Notes under the pieces: model-generated
Told to the model about the DNA's origin: nothing
Seen by the model: only the letters and a program-made list of their open reading frames with translations
Database searches by the model: none
Translations under genes and position numbers: made by a program
From: a virus
Lineage: Duplodnaviria; Heunggongvirae; Uroviricota; Caudoviricetes
Strand: one strand, 5' to 3'
Virus record (IMG/VR): IMGVR_UViG_2547132418_000017
DNA length: 36,714 nucleotides
Shown here: positions 17,155-26,603 of the stretch, piece after piece
How the letters are laid out: each line of letters starts with the position of its first letter
Position numbering within the stretch: the first letter of the stretch is position 1

Positions 17155-17702
17155 GCAGCGGTAAACTGGATATTAAGATTGATTTAAGCGCGTATAACAC
17201 CACGCTGGGGAAACTGATTCGTTCCGTGAAGGACCGGCGCGACCTGATGACAGCGCTTGCGGGTTCCATGCTGGATGCGGTTGAGACTAACCTGGAACAA
17301 CAGGGTCGCCCGAAATGGATGGGCTGGAGTCCCTCCTATGCGAAGCGACGCGGCCCCGGGCAAATCCTTCAGAAGTCCGGGCGACTGGCCGCCAGTATCC
17401 GCTCTGCGGTTAACAATAACGAGGCCACGGTCGGGACAAACGTCCGTTATGCCCGTATCCACAACGAAGGCGGCGAAATCCGCCATCAGGCACGGACGCA
17501 GAACCTGTATTTTAAACAGTACAAAAACGGCAGCGTCAGCACCCGCTTTGTGAAAAAGCGCAACAGTAATTTTGTACAGAGCGCAACGGTCGGAGCGTAT
17601 ACGGTCAACATGCCCGCGCGTCCCTTCCTTCAGCTTGTGCAGGACGACATCGACGAGCTGGAGAACACCGCAAACCGCTATTTTGCGCGTGTGATTGACT
17701 GA
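17151..17702 (+). CDS. Virion morphogenesis protein (Mu G-like), 183 aa
   Basis: ATGA overlap with F-like gene; size and position as Mu G. Confidence 0.65.
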   Translation: MSSGKLDIKIDLSAYNTTLGKLIRSVKDRRDLMTALAGSMLDAVETNLEQQGRPKWMGWSPSYAKRRGPGQILQKSGRLAASIRSAVNNNEATVGTNVRYARIHNEGGEIRHQARTQNLYFKQYKNGSVSTRFVKKRNSNFVQSATVGAYTVNMPARPFLQLVQDDIDELENTANRYFARVID

Positions 17703-17794
17703 ATGGCCAGAAACGCGCTGTAATCGTCTTTGACGACATAAACGCCTCACGGATGAGGCATTACAGCACCGCACCCCATAAATGTCGTCAGAAT

Positions 17795-17819
17795 CGTTTT
17801 TAAAAGGGTTTTAAAAACG
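17795..17819. repeat. AT-rich palindrome CGTTTTTAAAA-GGG-TTTTAAAAACG
   Basis: Perfect 11-bp inverted repeat with 3-bp spacer in the 155-bp gap upstream of the protease/scaffold gene; same motif as 55..76. Confidence 0.6.
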
Positions 17820-17857
17820 GTTTTATTTCCACTTTTATCCTTTCGCGTTATGGCAGG

Positions 17858-19027
17858 GTGCTGAACACCCTCCACAGTACCCCGTGTTCCCCTTCCGTCA
17901 TCATGCCGCGTATGAAGATGAACATTGCGGCGTTAAGCCTCGAAATTACTAAAGCAACCCACAGCGAAATCCAGCTGTTTCCGGCAGGCGAGTTCAGTGC
18001 GGTGGATGGTCGCCCACATACCGATGAAGTCGAAAGCGGTAAATGGGTGCTGACTGCTGAACTGGCCGCGCAGCTTGTCGCGCAGGTGGCCGCCCGCGCC
18101 ACGCCTTTTGTCATTGATTACGAACATCAGACGCTGCGCGCCGTAAACAACGGCAAACCCGCCCCGGCGGCGGGCTGGTTCAGCCAGGTGGAATGGCGTG
18201 AAGGTGTGGGCCTGTATGCCACCGGTGTGGAGTGGACGGAGAACGCGGCGGCCATGATTGCTGCCGGTGAGTACAAATTTATTTCCCCTGTTTTTGCCTA
18301 CAACAAGCGCGGCGAAGTGCTGGAGCTGTTACATGCTGCGCTGACCAATACCCCTGCGCTGGACGGTATGGACGCGGTCATGCTGGCTGCGGCCAGCCGT
18401 CTGGCGAGTCTGTCAACTGAAACGGAGACCAAAACCGTGAACCCGGAACAATTAGCAAATTTACTCGCGCAGTTACGCTGGCTGCTGACGCTGCCGGAAA
18501 CCTCAACCGCAGAGGAAGTCTGCGCAGAGCTGCAAAAAATTATTGATGCTGTCTCTGGTGGCGAAGGAACGGCGGCAGCGTCTGTCAATCTGCTGGACCT
18601 GCTGAACCAGAAAGACGAGCAAATCGCCAGCCTGTCAGCCAGTGCCTATGACCCGACGAAGCATATCCCTCTGACGGCATATGAAGAACTTCAGGGACGT
18701 TATGCCGCACTGGCGCAACAGTCCGGTGAGGCCGAAGCCGGGGCACTGATTCAGGCGGCGCTGTCTGACGGGCGACTGCTTCCGGTGCAGGAAGACTGGG
18801 CGAAAGATTACGCCGGTCGCGATATCAACGGCTTTAAGTCCTGGCTGGAGAACGCACCAAAACTTGTTGCGCTCAGTAAGACCCAGACCGGCGGCAAAGC
18901 CCCTAAAACGCCGTCGCCTGCCCCGGCGCAGATTAAAACCGGTGATGACATCGATGTCGATATCGCCATTTGTTCAATGATGGGCGTTGATCCAGAGGAT
19001 GTCGCCCGTTACGCAGGAGACGAGTAA
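17858..19027 (+). CDS. Head protease/scaffold protein (Mu I-like)
   Basis: Position between G and the major head gene; Ala-rich scaffold-like C-terminal region; start uncertain (GTG 17858 or ATG 17903/17912/17918). Confidence 0.7.
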   Translation: MLNTLHSTPCSPSVIMPRMKMNIAALSLEITKATHSEIQLFPAGEFSAVDGRPHTDEVESGKWVLTAELAAQLVAQVAARATPFVIDYEHQTLRAVNNGKPAPAAGWFSQVEWREGVGLYATGVEWTENAAAMIAAGEYKFISPVFAYNKRGEVLELLHAALTNTPALDGMDAVMLAAASRLASLSTETETKTVNPEQLANLLAQLRWLLTLPETSTAEEVCAELQKIIDAVSGGEGTAAASVNLLDLLNQKDEQIASLSASAYDPTKHIPLTAYEELQGRYAALAQQSGEAEAGALIQAALSDGRLLPVQEDWAKDYAGRDINGFKSWLENAPKLVALSKTQTGGKAPKTPSPAPAQIKTGDDIDVDIAICSMMGVDPEDVARYAGDE

Positions 19028-19423
19028 ATGGATCGCAATACCCCCTATCGTGACGGCGAGCTGAACCCGGTGCCGGTTGCCGCTGCGACCGAAATTTTTG
19101 GCGGTCATATGGTGGCCGTTAACGCATCCGGTTATGCCGTTCCGGCCAGTGCCACGGCCTCACAGATTACGCTGGGCGTGTCTGATGGCTGGGTGGATAA
19201 CAGCAAGGGCAGCGATGGCGACGCCACCGTTCTGGTGCGTTGCGGCAAAGACTTTCTGATGGCGAATAGCACCTCAGACCCGGTCACGCAATCGCAGGTT
19301 GGTAAAGAATGCTACGTGGAAGACAGCGTGACCGTGGCGAAAACCGACAACAGCAGCGCCCGCCCTGTCGCCGGGAAAGTGATCGGCATCGGTGACGATG
19401 GCGTCTGGGTTCATTTCAGTTAA
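19028..19423 (+). CDS. Small head-associated protein (Mu Z-like position), 131 aa
   Basis: Sits between the protease/scaffold and major head genes. Confidence 0.4.
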   Translation: MDRNTPYRDGELNPVPVAAATEIFGGHMVAVNASGYAVPASATASQITLGVSDGWVDNSKGSDGDATVLVRCGKDFLMANSTSDPVTQSQVGKECYVEDSVTVAKTDNSSARPVAGKVIGIGDDGVWVHFS

Positions 19424-19433
19424 GGAGCAAAAC

Positions 19434-20342
19434 GTGTTTGTCAACGTTAAAAACGTCAAACAGATTTTTATCAATCTGAAGGCCACCTTCCAGAAAGCCT
19501 TCGACCAGTCACCAACTGACTGGCAGAAGGTGGCAATGGAAGTGCCATCAAACGGCAAGGAGAACGACTACAGCTGGTTAAGTCGTTTCCCGAAAATGCG
19601 CGAGTGGATTGGTGACAAGGTCGTCAAATCACTGGCGGCATTTAACTACACCATCCGTAACAAGGACTGGGAAGCCACGGTTGAAGTCGATCGTAACGAC
19701 ATCGAGGACGACCAGATTATGGGCTATGCCCTTCAGGCGAAAGGGGCCGGACAGTCGGCGGCAGAGCTACCGGCAGATATTGTGGCGTCCCTTATCAGTA
19801 ACGGTTTTACCAATCCATGTTACGACGGTCAGATGTTCTTTGATACCGACCACCTGGTCGCCGGTAAATCGGTGTCCAACAAAGGCATCAAAAAACTCAA
19901 AGTTGGCTCGCTTGCCGAGGCGAAAGCCTCCTACGGTGCCGCCCGTACGGCCATGCGTAGTCTGAAAGATGACGAAGGCGCATCCCTCAAAATTCGCCCG
20001 AATCTGCTGGTTGTGCCACCGGCGCTGGAGGATGACGCGAACTACCTGATGACCGCCGAGAAGTTCCCGGACGGCACACCGAACCCGTACCGCAATACCG
20101 CCGAGGTACTGGTGATGCCGGAGCTGGCGTCGGATTCTGCGTGGTTCCTGTTTGACACCACCAAACCGGTGAAACCGCTGATTTATCAGCTGCGTAAAAA
20201 GCCTGTTTTTGTGGAGCAGACGGACTACAACAGCGACAACGTGTTCAAGCGTAAGAAGTTCCTGTTTGGTGCCGAAGCGCGCTGTAACGGCGGTTACGGC
20301 TTCTGGCAGATGGCATTTGGTTCTGATGGTACGACGGAGTAA
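19434..20342 (+). CDS. Major head subunit (Mu T-like), 302 aa
   Basis: GTG 19434 with strong SD AAGGAG 19422..19427; size and position of Mu major capsid protein. Confidence 0.8.
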   Translation: MFVNVKNVKQIFINLKATFQKAFDQSPTDWQKVAMEVPSNGKENDYSWLSRFPKMREWIGDKVVKSLAAFNYTIRNKDWEATVEVDRNDIEDDQIMGYALQAKGAGQSAAELPADIVASLISNGFTNPCYDGQMFFDTDHLVAGKSVSNKGIKKLKVGSLAEAKASYGAARTAMRSLKDDEGASLKIRPNLLVVPPALEDDANYLMTAEKFPDGTPNPYRNTAEVLVMPELASDSAWFLFDTTKPVKPLIYQLRKKPVFVEQTDYNSDNVFKRKKFLFGAEARCNGGYGFWQMAFGSDGTTE

Positions 20343-20345
20343 TGC

Positions 20346-20687
20346 ATGGAAAAGGTGATTGAAATTACCCCCCGCCGTGAGGGGTTTCGCCGCTGCGGTG
20401 TGGCACACAGCGCAACCACGAAGGAATGGCCTGCGGATGCGTTCACCCCGGAACAGCTGGCGGTGCTGAAGGCTGACCCCATGCTGATTGTGGTGGAGCG
20501 CGATAAAGCGTCCGGCCAGAACGACGCGGCCCGGGGTGATGAGCTGGCCGCACAGCTGGATGCCGAGCGTCAGAAAGTCAGCGAACTGACGGCGCAACTG
20601 GAAGAAGAACGCCAGAAAGTCAGTGAACTGACCGCACAGCTGAACGCCGCACAGAAAACACAAAAAGCGGACAAAAAGGAGAAGTAA
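20346..20687 (+). CDS. Mu gp35-position protein with internal tandem repeat, 113 aa
   Basis: Position after major head gene; contains RQKVSELTAQL twice (42-bp tandem DNA repeat 20568..20651). Confidence 0.45.
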   Translation: MEKVIEITPRREGFRRCGVAHSATTKEWPADAFTPEQLAVLKADPMLIVVERDKASGQNDAARGDELAAQLDAERQKVSELTAQLEEERQKVSELTAQLNAAQKTQKADKKEK

Positions 20688-20690
20688 CCC

Positions 20691-21122
20691 ATGTCTTACG
20701 CCACACCGGAACAGTTCATCAGGGCGTTCAGTGAACGCGAGGCGCGCACACTGACGGATGAAGACATGACGGGATTCATCGACGAAGAAAAGCTGGCCTC
20801 TGCGCTTGCACGTGCCAGTGCCCAGATTGATGGCTATCTGGTGGGGCGTTACCGGACCCCGTGGCCTGACAGCCCGGGGATACTGGTGGGTTACTGCTGC
20901 GATATCGCCCGTTATCACCTGGCGACCGATTACCGTATCTGCTCAGAAGAAATTCAGATGCGCTACCGGGATGCCATCCGCTTTCTGGAGAAAGTCGCGG
21001 CAGGACAAATCAACCTCGGACGGGATACGTCCGGCAGCGTGATCCAGTCATCGTCACAGGTGCGTATCCGCTCCGGCTCCCGTCAGTTCGGGCGTGAGTC
21101 CACGCGGGGAGGTGCATTCTGA
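20691..21122 (+). CDS. Mu gp36-like head completion/connector protein, 143 aa
   Basis: Position and size; resembles the Mu gp36 family as recalled. Confidence 0.5.
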   Translation: MSYATPEQFIRAFSEREARTLTDEDMTGFIDEEKLASALARASAQIDGYLVGRYRTPWPDSPGILVGYCCDIARYHLATDYRICSEEIQMRYRDAIRFLEKVAAGQINLGRDTSGSVIQSSSQVRIRSGSRQFGRESTRGGAF

Positions 21123-21175
21123 TTACTGACATTGAACGGGCGCTGGTTGAGCGTCTGCGCTGTGGTCTGGGGCAT

Positions 21176-21757
21176 ATGATGCAGGATGTCCGCACCTATG
21201 CCGGTGAACTGGATGAAGACCCGGGCCGGATTGTTCGCAGCCTTCCGGCAGCCTGGGTGACGTTCGGCGGCATCGTGAAAACCGAACGCTATTCCACGTC
21301 ACGCCGGAAATACATTGCCACCGGACGCTTTGTGGTTGTGGTGGGTGATTACAACACCCGCAGCGAACAGAGCGCCAGACAGGGAGGCACTGTCCGGGAT
21401 GAAGTCGGGACAAACCAGCTTGTTGAATCCGTCCGTCGCCTGCTGACCGGTCAGGATTTGGGGCTGGAGATTGATTATTTCGAACCCGGGCGGGTCAGGA
21501 CGCTGTTTAACACCGGCGTGGCAGAGCGGGCAATGTCCGTGTTTGCCTGTGAGTTCGATACCCGCTGGGTGGAGCACGCGCTGGAGAACGGCAAATGGCC
21601 GGAGCGCGGCGCAGAAGCGGACCGTCTCTTCAACCGCTACCACGGCAGGCTGTCAGACCCTGACCCGGATTTACTGCGAATTGGTACGCAATACGGCGCA
21701 GATATCTGTGGTCTGGATGAATTAAGAGAGCAACAGCATGAACAAAATGAAGGTTAA
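21176..21757 (+). CDS. Mu gp37-like protein (N-terminus may extend upstream to a non-canonical start)
   Basis: Reading frame is open back to about 21119 with no ATG; position as Mu gp37. Confidence 0.45.
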   Translation: MMQDVRTYAGELDEDPGRIVRSLPAAWVTFGGIVKTERYSTSRRKYIATGRFVVVVGDYNTRSEQSARQGGTVRDEVGTNQLVESVRRLLTGQDLGLEIDYFEPGRVRTLFNTGVAERAMSVFACEFDTRWVEHALENGKWPERGAEADRLFNRYHGRLSDPDPDLLRIGTQYGADICGLDELREQQHEQNEG

Positions 21758-21980
21758 GGCGGCTCCCGGGATGAAGTTCCCGATGGAGGATAACGCCCGG
21801 AAATACATCACCACGGAAGCGGTGACCGTTGAGAACACCGCTTATTACCGGCGCGCCGTTCAGGACGGTGACCTGATTCTGGTGAAGGATGAGCCTGAAA
21901 CCACCGTGACGGCTGAACAGGACGCCGTGCAGGTAAAAGCGAAGGCGAAGAGAGAGAAACAGGTGGATTCCGATGAGTGA
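21738..21980 (+). CDS. Mu gp38-like small protein, 80 aa
   Basis: Small ORF immediately upstream of the sheath gene, overlapping starts. Confidence 0.4.
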   Translation: MNKMKVKAAPGMKFPMEDNARKYITTEAVTVENTAYYRRAVQDGDLILVKDEPETTVTAEQDAVQVKAKAKREKQVDSDE

Positions 21981-23394
21981 AATTCAGTTTGACACCATTT
22001 CGGGCGGCATCCGTAAGCCCGGTGTGCATTTTGAGTTTAATACCCGGCTGGCCGTTAACACGCTGCCGGGTAATGAACAGCGTGTTCTGGTGATTGGCCC
22101 GATGCTGTCAGGCGGCACCGCCACGCCCCTGAATGCCGTTTCCGTGTATTCCGAAGACGAAGCGGATGTGTATTTCGGGGCCGGTTCGCTGGCCGCTGCA
22201 ATGGCGCGCGCGGCCATTAATGCCAACAGCTATCTGCAACTGGATGTTATCGGTATTGCAGACAGTGGCGCAGGAAAGGCGGCAACCGGCGCAGTTACCG
22301 TCAGTGGCACGGCAACCAGCAGCGGCACGCTGTCGGTATGGGTTGCCGGTGAGCAGGTCACGGTGGATGTGGAAACCGGTGATGAACCGTCGAAAATCAT
22401 TCCGGCACTGGTGGAAGCAATGAAGCAGACGCCCTCGCTTCTGGTGACGGGGGAATACAAATCAGAAACCTCTCAGCTGACGGTGACCTCCCGGACCAAA
22501 GGAGCATGGGGGAATGACATCACCCTGTCAGCGTCCACCACGGCAGGTGGTCTGACCGTGAGCGCCACGCCGATGGCGAACGGTGAAATGGACCCGGATA
22601 TTCAGCCCGCACTGGATGCGGTCTTTGCCGCCGGTCACAACATTCTGATTTGTCCGTTCAGTACCAAGCCAGCCCTTGCCGCCCTGAAGCAGCATCTGGA
22701 GAAAACCGGGAACGCGATGGAACAGCGCGGCGCGATTGGCTGTGCAGGCTGGACGGGCAGTCTCGGAAACGGGATCACCCTGGCCGCCGGTGTGAACAGC
22801 GGGCGCGTGTCCGTCCCCTGGTATCGCGGCTCCGTGAAGCTGCCAGCGGTGCTGGCTGCCATCTACGGCGCTGTGATGGCGGGCGAGGAAGACCCGGCGC
22901 GTCCGCTGAACTCGCTGGCGCTGTCCGGGCTGGATGTGGTCGCAATGTCACAGCGTGAAAGCCGTAACGAGCAGGAAAACGCCCTGCATAACGGCCTGAC
23001 GCCGGTTGAGGTTGGCCCGGGTAACACGGTGCAGATTGTGCGTGCGGTCAGTACGTACACGGTAAACGCACAGGGCGTGACTGACGTCTCGTTACTGGAT
23101 ATCACGTCCATCAGAACGCTGGACTACACCCGCAAGGCGTGCCGCGAACGCATCAGCCTTCGCTTCCCGCGCGAAAAACTCAGCACCCGCACTATCGCAA
23201 AAGTGGATAGCGAACTGTATGACGTGCTGATCAAGCTGGAGGAAGCGGAAATTCTGGAGAACGTGGAAGCGAACAAGGCAAAGCTGCGCGTTCAGCGAAA
23301 CGGGAAAGATGCAAACCGTCTCGACTGCGTGGTTCCGGCGGATGTGGTTAACGGCCTGCATGTGTTTGCCGGTCGCATCGACATGATTTTGTAA
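21973..23394 (+). CDS. Contractile tail sheath protein (Mu L-like), 473 aa
   Basis: Size and position upstream of tube gene; sequence resembles myovirus sheath proteins. Confidence 0.85.
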   Translation: MSEIQFDTISGGIRKPGVHFEFNTRLAVNTLPGNEQRVLVIGPMLSGGTATPLNAVSVYSEDEADVYFGAGSLAAAMARAAINANSYLQLDVIGIADSGAGKAATGAVTVSGTATSSGTLSVWVAGEQVTVDVETGDEPSKIIPALVEAMKQTPSLLVTGEYKSETSQLTVTSRTKGAWGNDITLSASTTAGGLTVSATPMANGEMDPDIQPALDAVFAAGHNILICPFSTKPALAALKQHLEKTGNAMEQRGAIGCAGWTGSLGNGITLAAGVNSGRVSVPWYRGSVKLPAVLAAIYGAVMAGEEDPARPLNSLALSGLDVVAMSQRESRNEQENALHNGLTPVEVGPGNTVQIVRAVSTYTVNAQGVTDVSLLDITSIRTLDYTRKACRERISLRFPREKLSTRTIAKVDSELYDVLIKLEEAEILENVEANKAKLRVQRNGKDANRLDCVVPADVVNGLHVFAGRIDMIL

Positions 23395-23406
23395 GGAGCG
23401 CGGTAA

Positions 23407-23781
23407 ATGTCCATTAAAGAATATGTCGGCTCGATTGTGCTGGAGGTGGACAGCCAGGAAATCGAGATCACCGACTTCGATGTTCAGATCAACACCGGCC
23501 GAAAGCTGGTCAAGACCATGAACAAAACCGGCAGGGCCAAAGGCTTTGCCCGTGGCATTGCCACCTATGATATTTCTGTTTCGGCGGTTATCCCTGATAC
23601 CAACGAGCCGGACTGGGAAAATCTGGAAGGTGTGAAAATCTCAATTTATCCGCTCAGTAACAGCGGTAAGCGCACCTCTTATCTGGACTGCTTCACCGTT
23701 GAAGTGGGTGAGAAATACACCGTCGACAGTGAAGCGAAAATTGATATCAAAATGGCTGCACTCAGGAAGGTGACAGGATGA
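23407..23781 (+). CDS. Tail tube protein (Mu M-like), 124 aa
   Basis: Small ORF directly after sheath gene. Confidence 0.75.
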   Translation: MSIKEYVGSIVLEVDSQEIEITDFDVQINTGRKLVKTMNKTGRAKGFARGIATYDISVSAVIPDTNEPDWENLEGVKISIYPLSNSGKRTSYLDCFTVEVGEKYTVDSEAKIDIKMAALRKVTG

Positions 23782-24161
23782 CTTTGATTAATACACAGAC
23801 CGGCGAGCTGTCTGATGGCGTGGTGTTTAACGGCACCGTTCATAAAAACTTTGAGCTGCGTCTGCCGGTCATGCGTGATAACGGGCAGGCACTGGAAGAA
23901 ACCGAAGAACGCTTTCAGACGGTGGATGGCTTCGCGGCGGATTATTACTACCGCTGTGCGGTGATGGCGGCAACGCTGGTCCGTCTGGGGGATATTCCGC
24001 AGGAAGAACTGACGGCGGAGCTGTTACACGACAACATGACGCCGGACGATTTTAATATTCTGCTGGCATCACGCAACGTCCTGAAGGTAAAGCGGAACGG
24101 CGGGAATCCCGGCTCGCCGGACTCCGGCTCGCAGTCCTCATCCTCGGGCGCTACGGAATAA
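23778..24161 (+). CDS. Tail assembly chaperone (Mu gp41-like), possible frameshift-extended product to 24334
   Basis: Between tube and tape measure genes; -1 frame is open from 24056 to 24334 and overlaps the 3' end of this ORF. Confidence 0.55.
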   Translation: MTLINTQTGELSDGVVFNGTVHKNFELRLPVMRDNGQALEETEERFQTVDGFAADYYYRCAVMAATLVRLGDIPQEELTAELLHDNMTPDDFNILLASRNVLKVKRNGGNPGSPDSGSQSSSSGATE

Positions 24162-24323
24162 CCGAAGAACAAATCATGACCATGAGCCGTCCAGAGCTGG
24201 ACGGCTGGCTTGCCGCCGTTGACAGGCTGAACGGCGGCGGCTCAGGAAGGAAGGACACCTCACAGACCACCCGCCAGTCATTTAAATCCCTCAGAAAGAA
24301 ACGCAGAAAAGGTAAGCAGAAAA

Positions 24324-26603
24324 ATGGCCGGTAATTTCAAAGTTGGCATGACCCTGACTGCGAAGGACGAAGCCTCGCAGGTTCTGGAAAAGGGGCAAAA
24401 ACAGGTTATCAAAGCCACCGAAGGTGTAACAAAGGCGACACGGAAGGCAGGCGCAGAGCAGAAGCGTACCGAGCAGGAAAGCATTAACAGCACGAAAAAG
24501 GCCGCAAAAGAGATACAGCGTGCCGCTCGTGCCCGGGAAACGCTCGGTATTCGTGCAGAGCGTGAGATCCAGCGTGAAATTTATCTGACGGTTGCCAGTT
24601 ATAACCGTCTGGCTCGTGCCGGTTTTGAATCTGCGCAGGAGCAGGAGCGCGCCATGCAGGCCACCCGGGAAAAAGCCCGGGCACTCAAGCGCGAACTGGA
24701 TGGCGTTACTCAGGCTCAGATGAAGATGGCGAAAACGCCTGTTATCCCTGAACCGGGTCGTTTTGCCCGTGCAGCTGCATTTGGCGGGAATGCCGTGACA
24801 ATAGGTGGTGGTATTGCAGCAGGTGCTGCCATTATGGCGCAGCCGGTCAAAAAGCAGATGAGCTACGAACGCCAGCTGGCAATGATGGCCAATACCGCCT
24901 TCAGTGATGGCGGGCTGGAGGGGCGCAGGGCTGGTCTTGAGCAGATGAAAAGCAGCATCCGTAACGCGGTGACCTATGGCGGCGGTACGAAAGAAGACGC
25001 AGCCGAAACGCTGGATGCCCTGCTGAAAGACGGCATTTCATTTGAAACAGCCAACAAGTGGCTGCCCGAACTGATGAAATACGCCACTGCTTCAGGCGCA
25101 TCTGCAACAGACCTGGCCAAGGTGATGATTAAGGGCAAAAAGACCTTTGGATTCAGGGATGAAGATATTTCCACCGTTCTGAATATGGCGATTGCAGCGG
25201 GCAAAGAAGGCAGCTTTGAACTGAACGACATGGCCCGCTGGTTATCCCAGCAAATGGGCGCTGCGTCAGCTGCGGGGATGAAAGGCAAGGATGATTTCGT
25301 CAAGATTCTGGCGCTGAATGAAGCTTCCGCCATCACGGCTGGCAGTAGTGATGAAGCTGGAAATAACGTGGTTAACCTGCTGGCAAAACTGACCAGTAAG
25401 GATATTGAAACAGCGGCTGCGGGGATAAAATACAACGGTAAGGGAATCGACTTTTCCGGCACGCTGACTGAAGCACGCGAGAATGGACTTAATCCGATAG
25501 ACGCGCTGTCCAGCCTGATAGACAAAATTGTTGCCAGTGATAAACGCTATCAGGAGCTGCAAAAGAAACTGGCATCCGCCCGGGACAAAGGCGAGCAGAC
25601 GGCTGTTTATGATTCGATGGCAAAACTCCTTGAAGGCTTTGGTGTCGGAAAGCTGGTTGCAGACCGTCAGGCGTTGATGGCGTTGTTAGCCTACCGTAAC
25701 AACCCGGAATACCGGAAAAAAGTTGAAGACGCGATTAATCAGCAGCGCACCCTGCCAGAAGGTCAGCGCGCCGGGGATGTGGATTTTAAATTCATATCAG
25801 ACACGAATGATTTTAAAACCGGGCAGGCTAAAAACACGCTTGAATTTTCACAAATGGATGGTGTGAAAAAACTGGCGGATGCATCCGGTACTGTGGCCGA
25901 TGCCATAAGCTGGGCGGGTGAAAAATTTCCGGGGCTGACCACAGCAGTGGTGGGTGCCACGACCGCCATTGAAGCGATGACCGCAGCGGCTCTGACATGG
26001 GCCGGGATCAAAATCCTGACCGGAGGTAAACCCGGTGGCAAGGCTGGCGAGGTTGTCGGTGATGTAATTGAAAACACGGTCAAAAAAGGCAAAGGATTTA
26101 AATTCCCCGGTATTGCCGGTGGCCTGCTTTCTTTAGGTGGCACTGTTACGGCACTGGCCACCGCAACCAGTCCGGAAGAAGATGCCGCCGTCGAAGGAAG
26201 CGAGGAGCGCTGGAAAAATATACGGGCTAAATATCCTCAGTGGCTGATTGATGCTGCCCGTGAAAAATATCAGCCGTGGTGGCAGTTTGGCGAAGGTTAC
26301 TCAACAGAAAACGAGAAATGGATCCAGCAGTATCTTGACGAACTGAAAAAAACTGGGGTTATCGCCGGTGATTCTCTGCCGACACCAGAACAAGTCCGAC
26401 AGCAAGCCGGAATGGCAGCGTCTGAAACGGCATCAAAGCAACCCGGACGCATCACCCAGCCGGAATACCTCACGCACTGGGGACCACCTGCCAGCCCCAT
26501 TAATTTCACCACACAACTGGTGCTCGATGGTCAGGTCGTGGCGGAAGCGGTGAATAAATACAACCTTCAGGACGGCAACAGAGGCACGGGAGGAACTTAC
26601 TGA
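24324..26603 (+). CDS. Tail tape measure protein, 759 aa
   Basis: Long Ala/Gly-rich ORF downstream of tube and chaperone genes. Confidence 0.85.
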   Translation: MAGNFKVGMTLTAKDEASQVLEKGQKQVIKATEGVTKATRKAGAEQKRTEQESINSTKKAAKEIQRAARARETLGIRAEREIQREIYLTVASYNRLARAGFESAQEQERAMQATREKARALKRELDGVTQAQMKMAKTPVIPEPGRFARAAAFGGNAVTIGGGIAAGAAIMAQPVKKQMSYERQLAMMANTAFSDGGLEGRRAGLEQMKSSIRNAVTYGGGTKEDAAETLDALLKDGISFETANKWLPELMKYATASGASATDLAKVMIKGKKTFGFRDEDISTVLNMAIAAGKEGSFELNDMARWLSQQMGAASAAGMKGKDDFVKILALNEASAITAGSSDEAGNNVVNLLAKLTSKDIETAAAGIKYNGKGIDFSGTLTEARENGLNPIDALSSLIDKIVASDKRYQELQKKLASARDKGEQTAVYDSMAKLLEGFGVGKLVADRQALMALLAYRNNPEYRKKVEDAINQQRTLPEGQRAGDVDFKFISDTNDFKTGQAKNTLEFSQMDGVKKLADASGTVADAISWAGEKFPGLTTAVVGATTAIEAMTAAALTWAGIKILTGGKPGGKAGEVVGDVIENTVKKGKGFKFPGIAGGLLSLGGTVTALATATSPEEDAAVEGSEERWKNIRAKYPQWLIDAAREKYQPWWQFGEGYSTENEKWIQQYLDELKKTGVIAGDSLPTPEQVRQQAGMAASETASKQPGRITQPEYLTHWGPPASPINFTTQLVLDGQVVAEAVNKYNLQDGNRGTGGTY

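Noticed and set aside
19767-20918. 383-aa ORF on the minus strand
   Set aside because: Antisense to the major head gene and its neighbours, which have strong RBS and operon context; protein is low-complexity and Arg-rich, typical of a GC-rich antisense frame.
24056-24158. Classical X XXY YYZ slippery heptamer for the chaperone frameshift
   Set aside because: No such heptamer found in the overlap window; the frameshift is proposed from ORF geometry only and the slip site is left unassigned.
24974-25525. 183-aa minus-strand ORF inside the tape measure gene
   Set aside because: Antisense to a long, clearly coding tape measure ORF; Ser/Ala-rich composition typical of a shadow frame.
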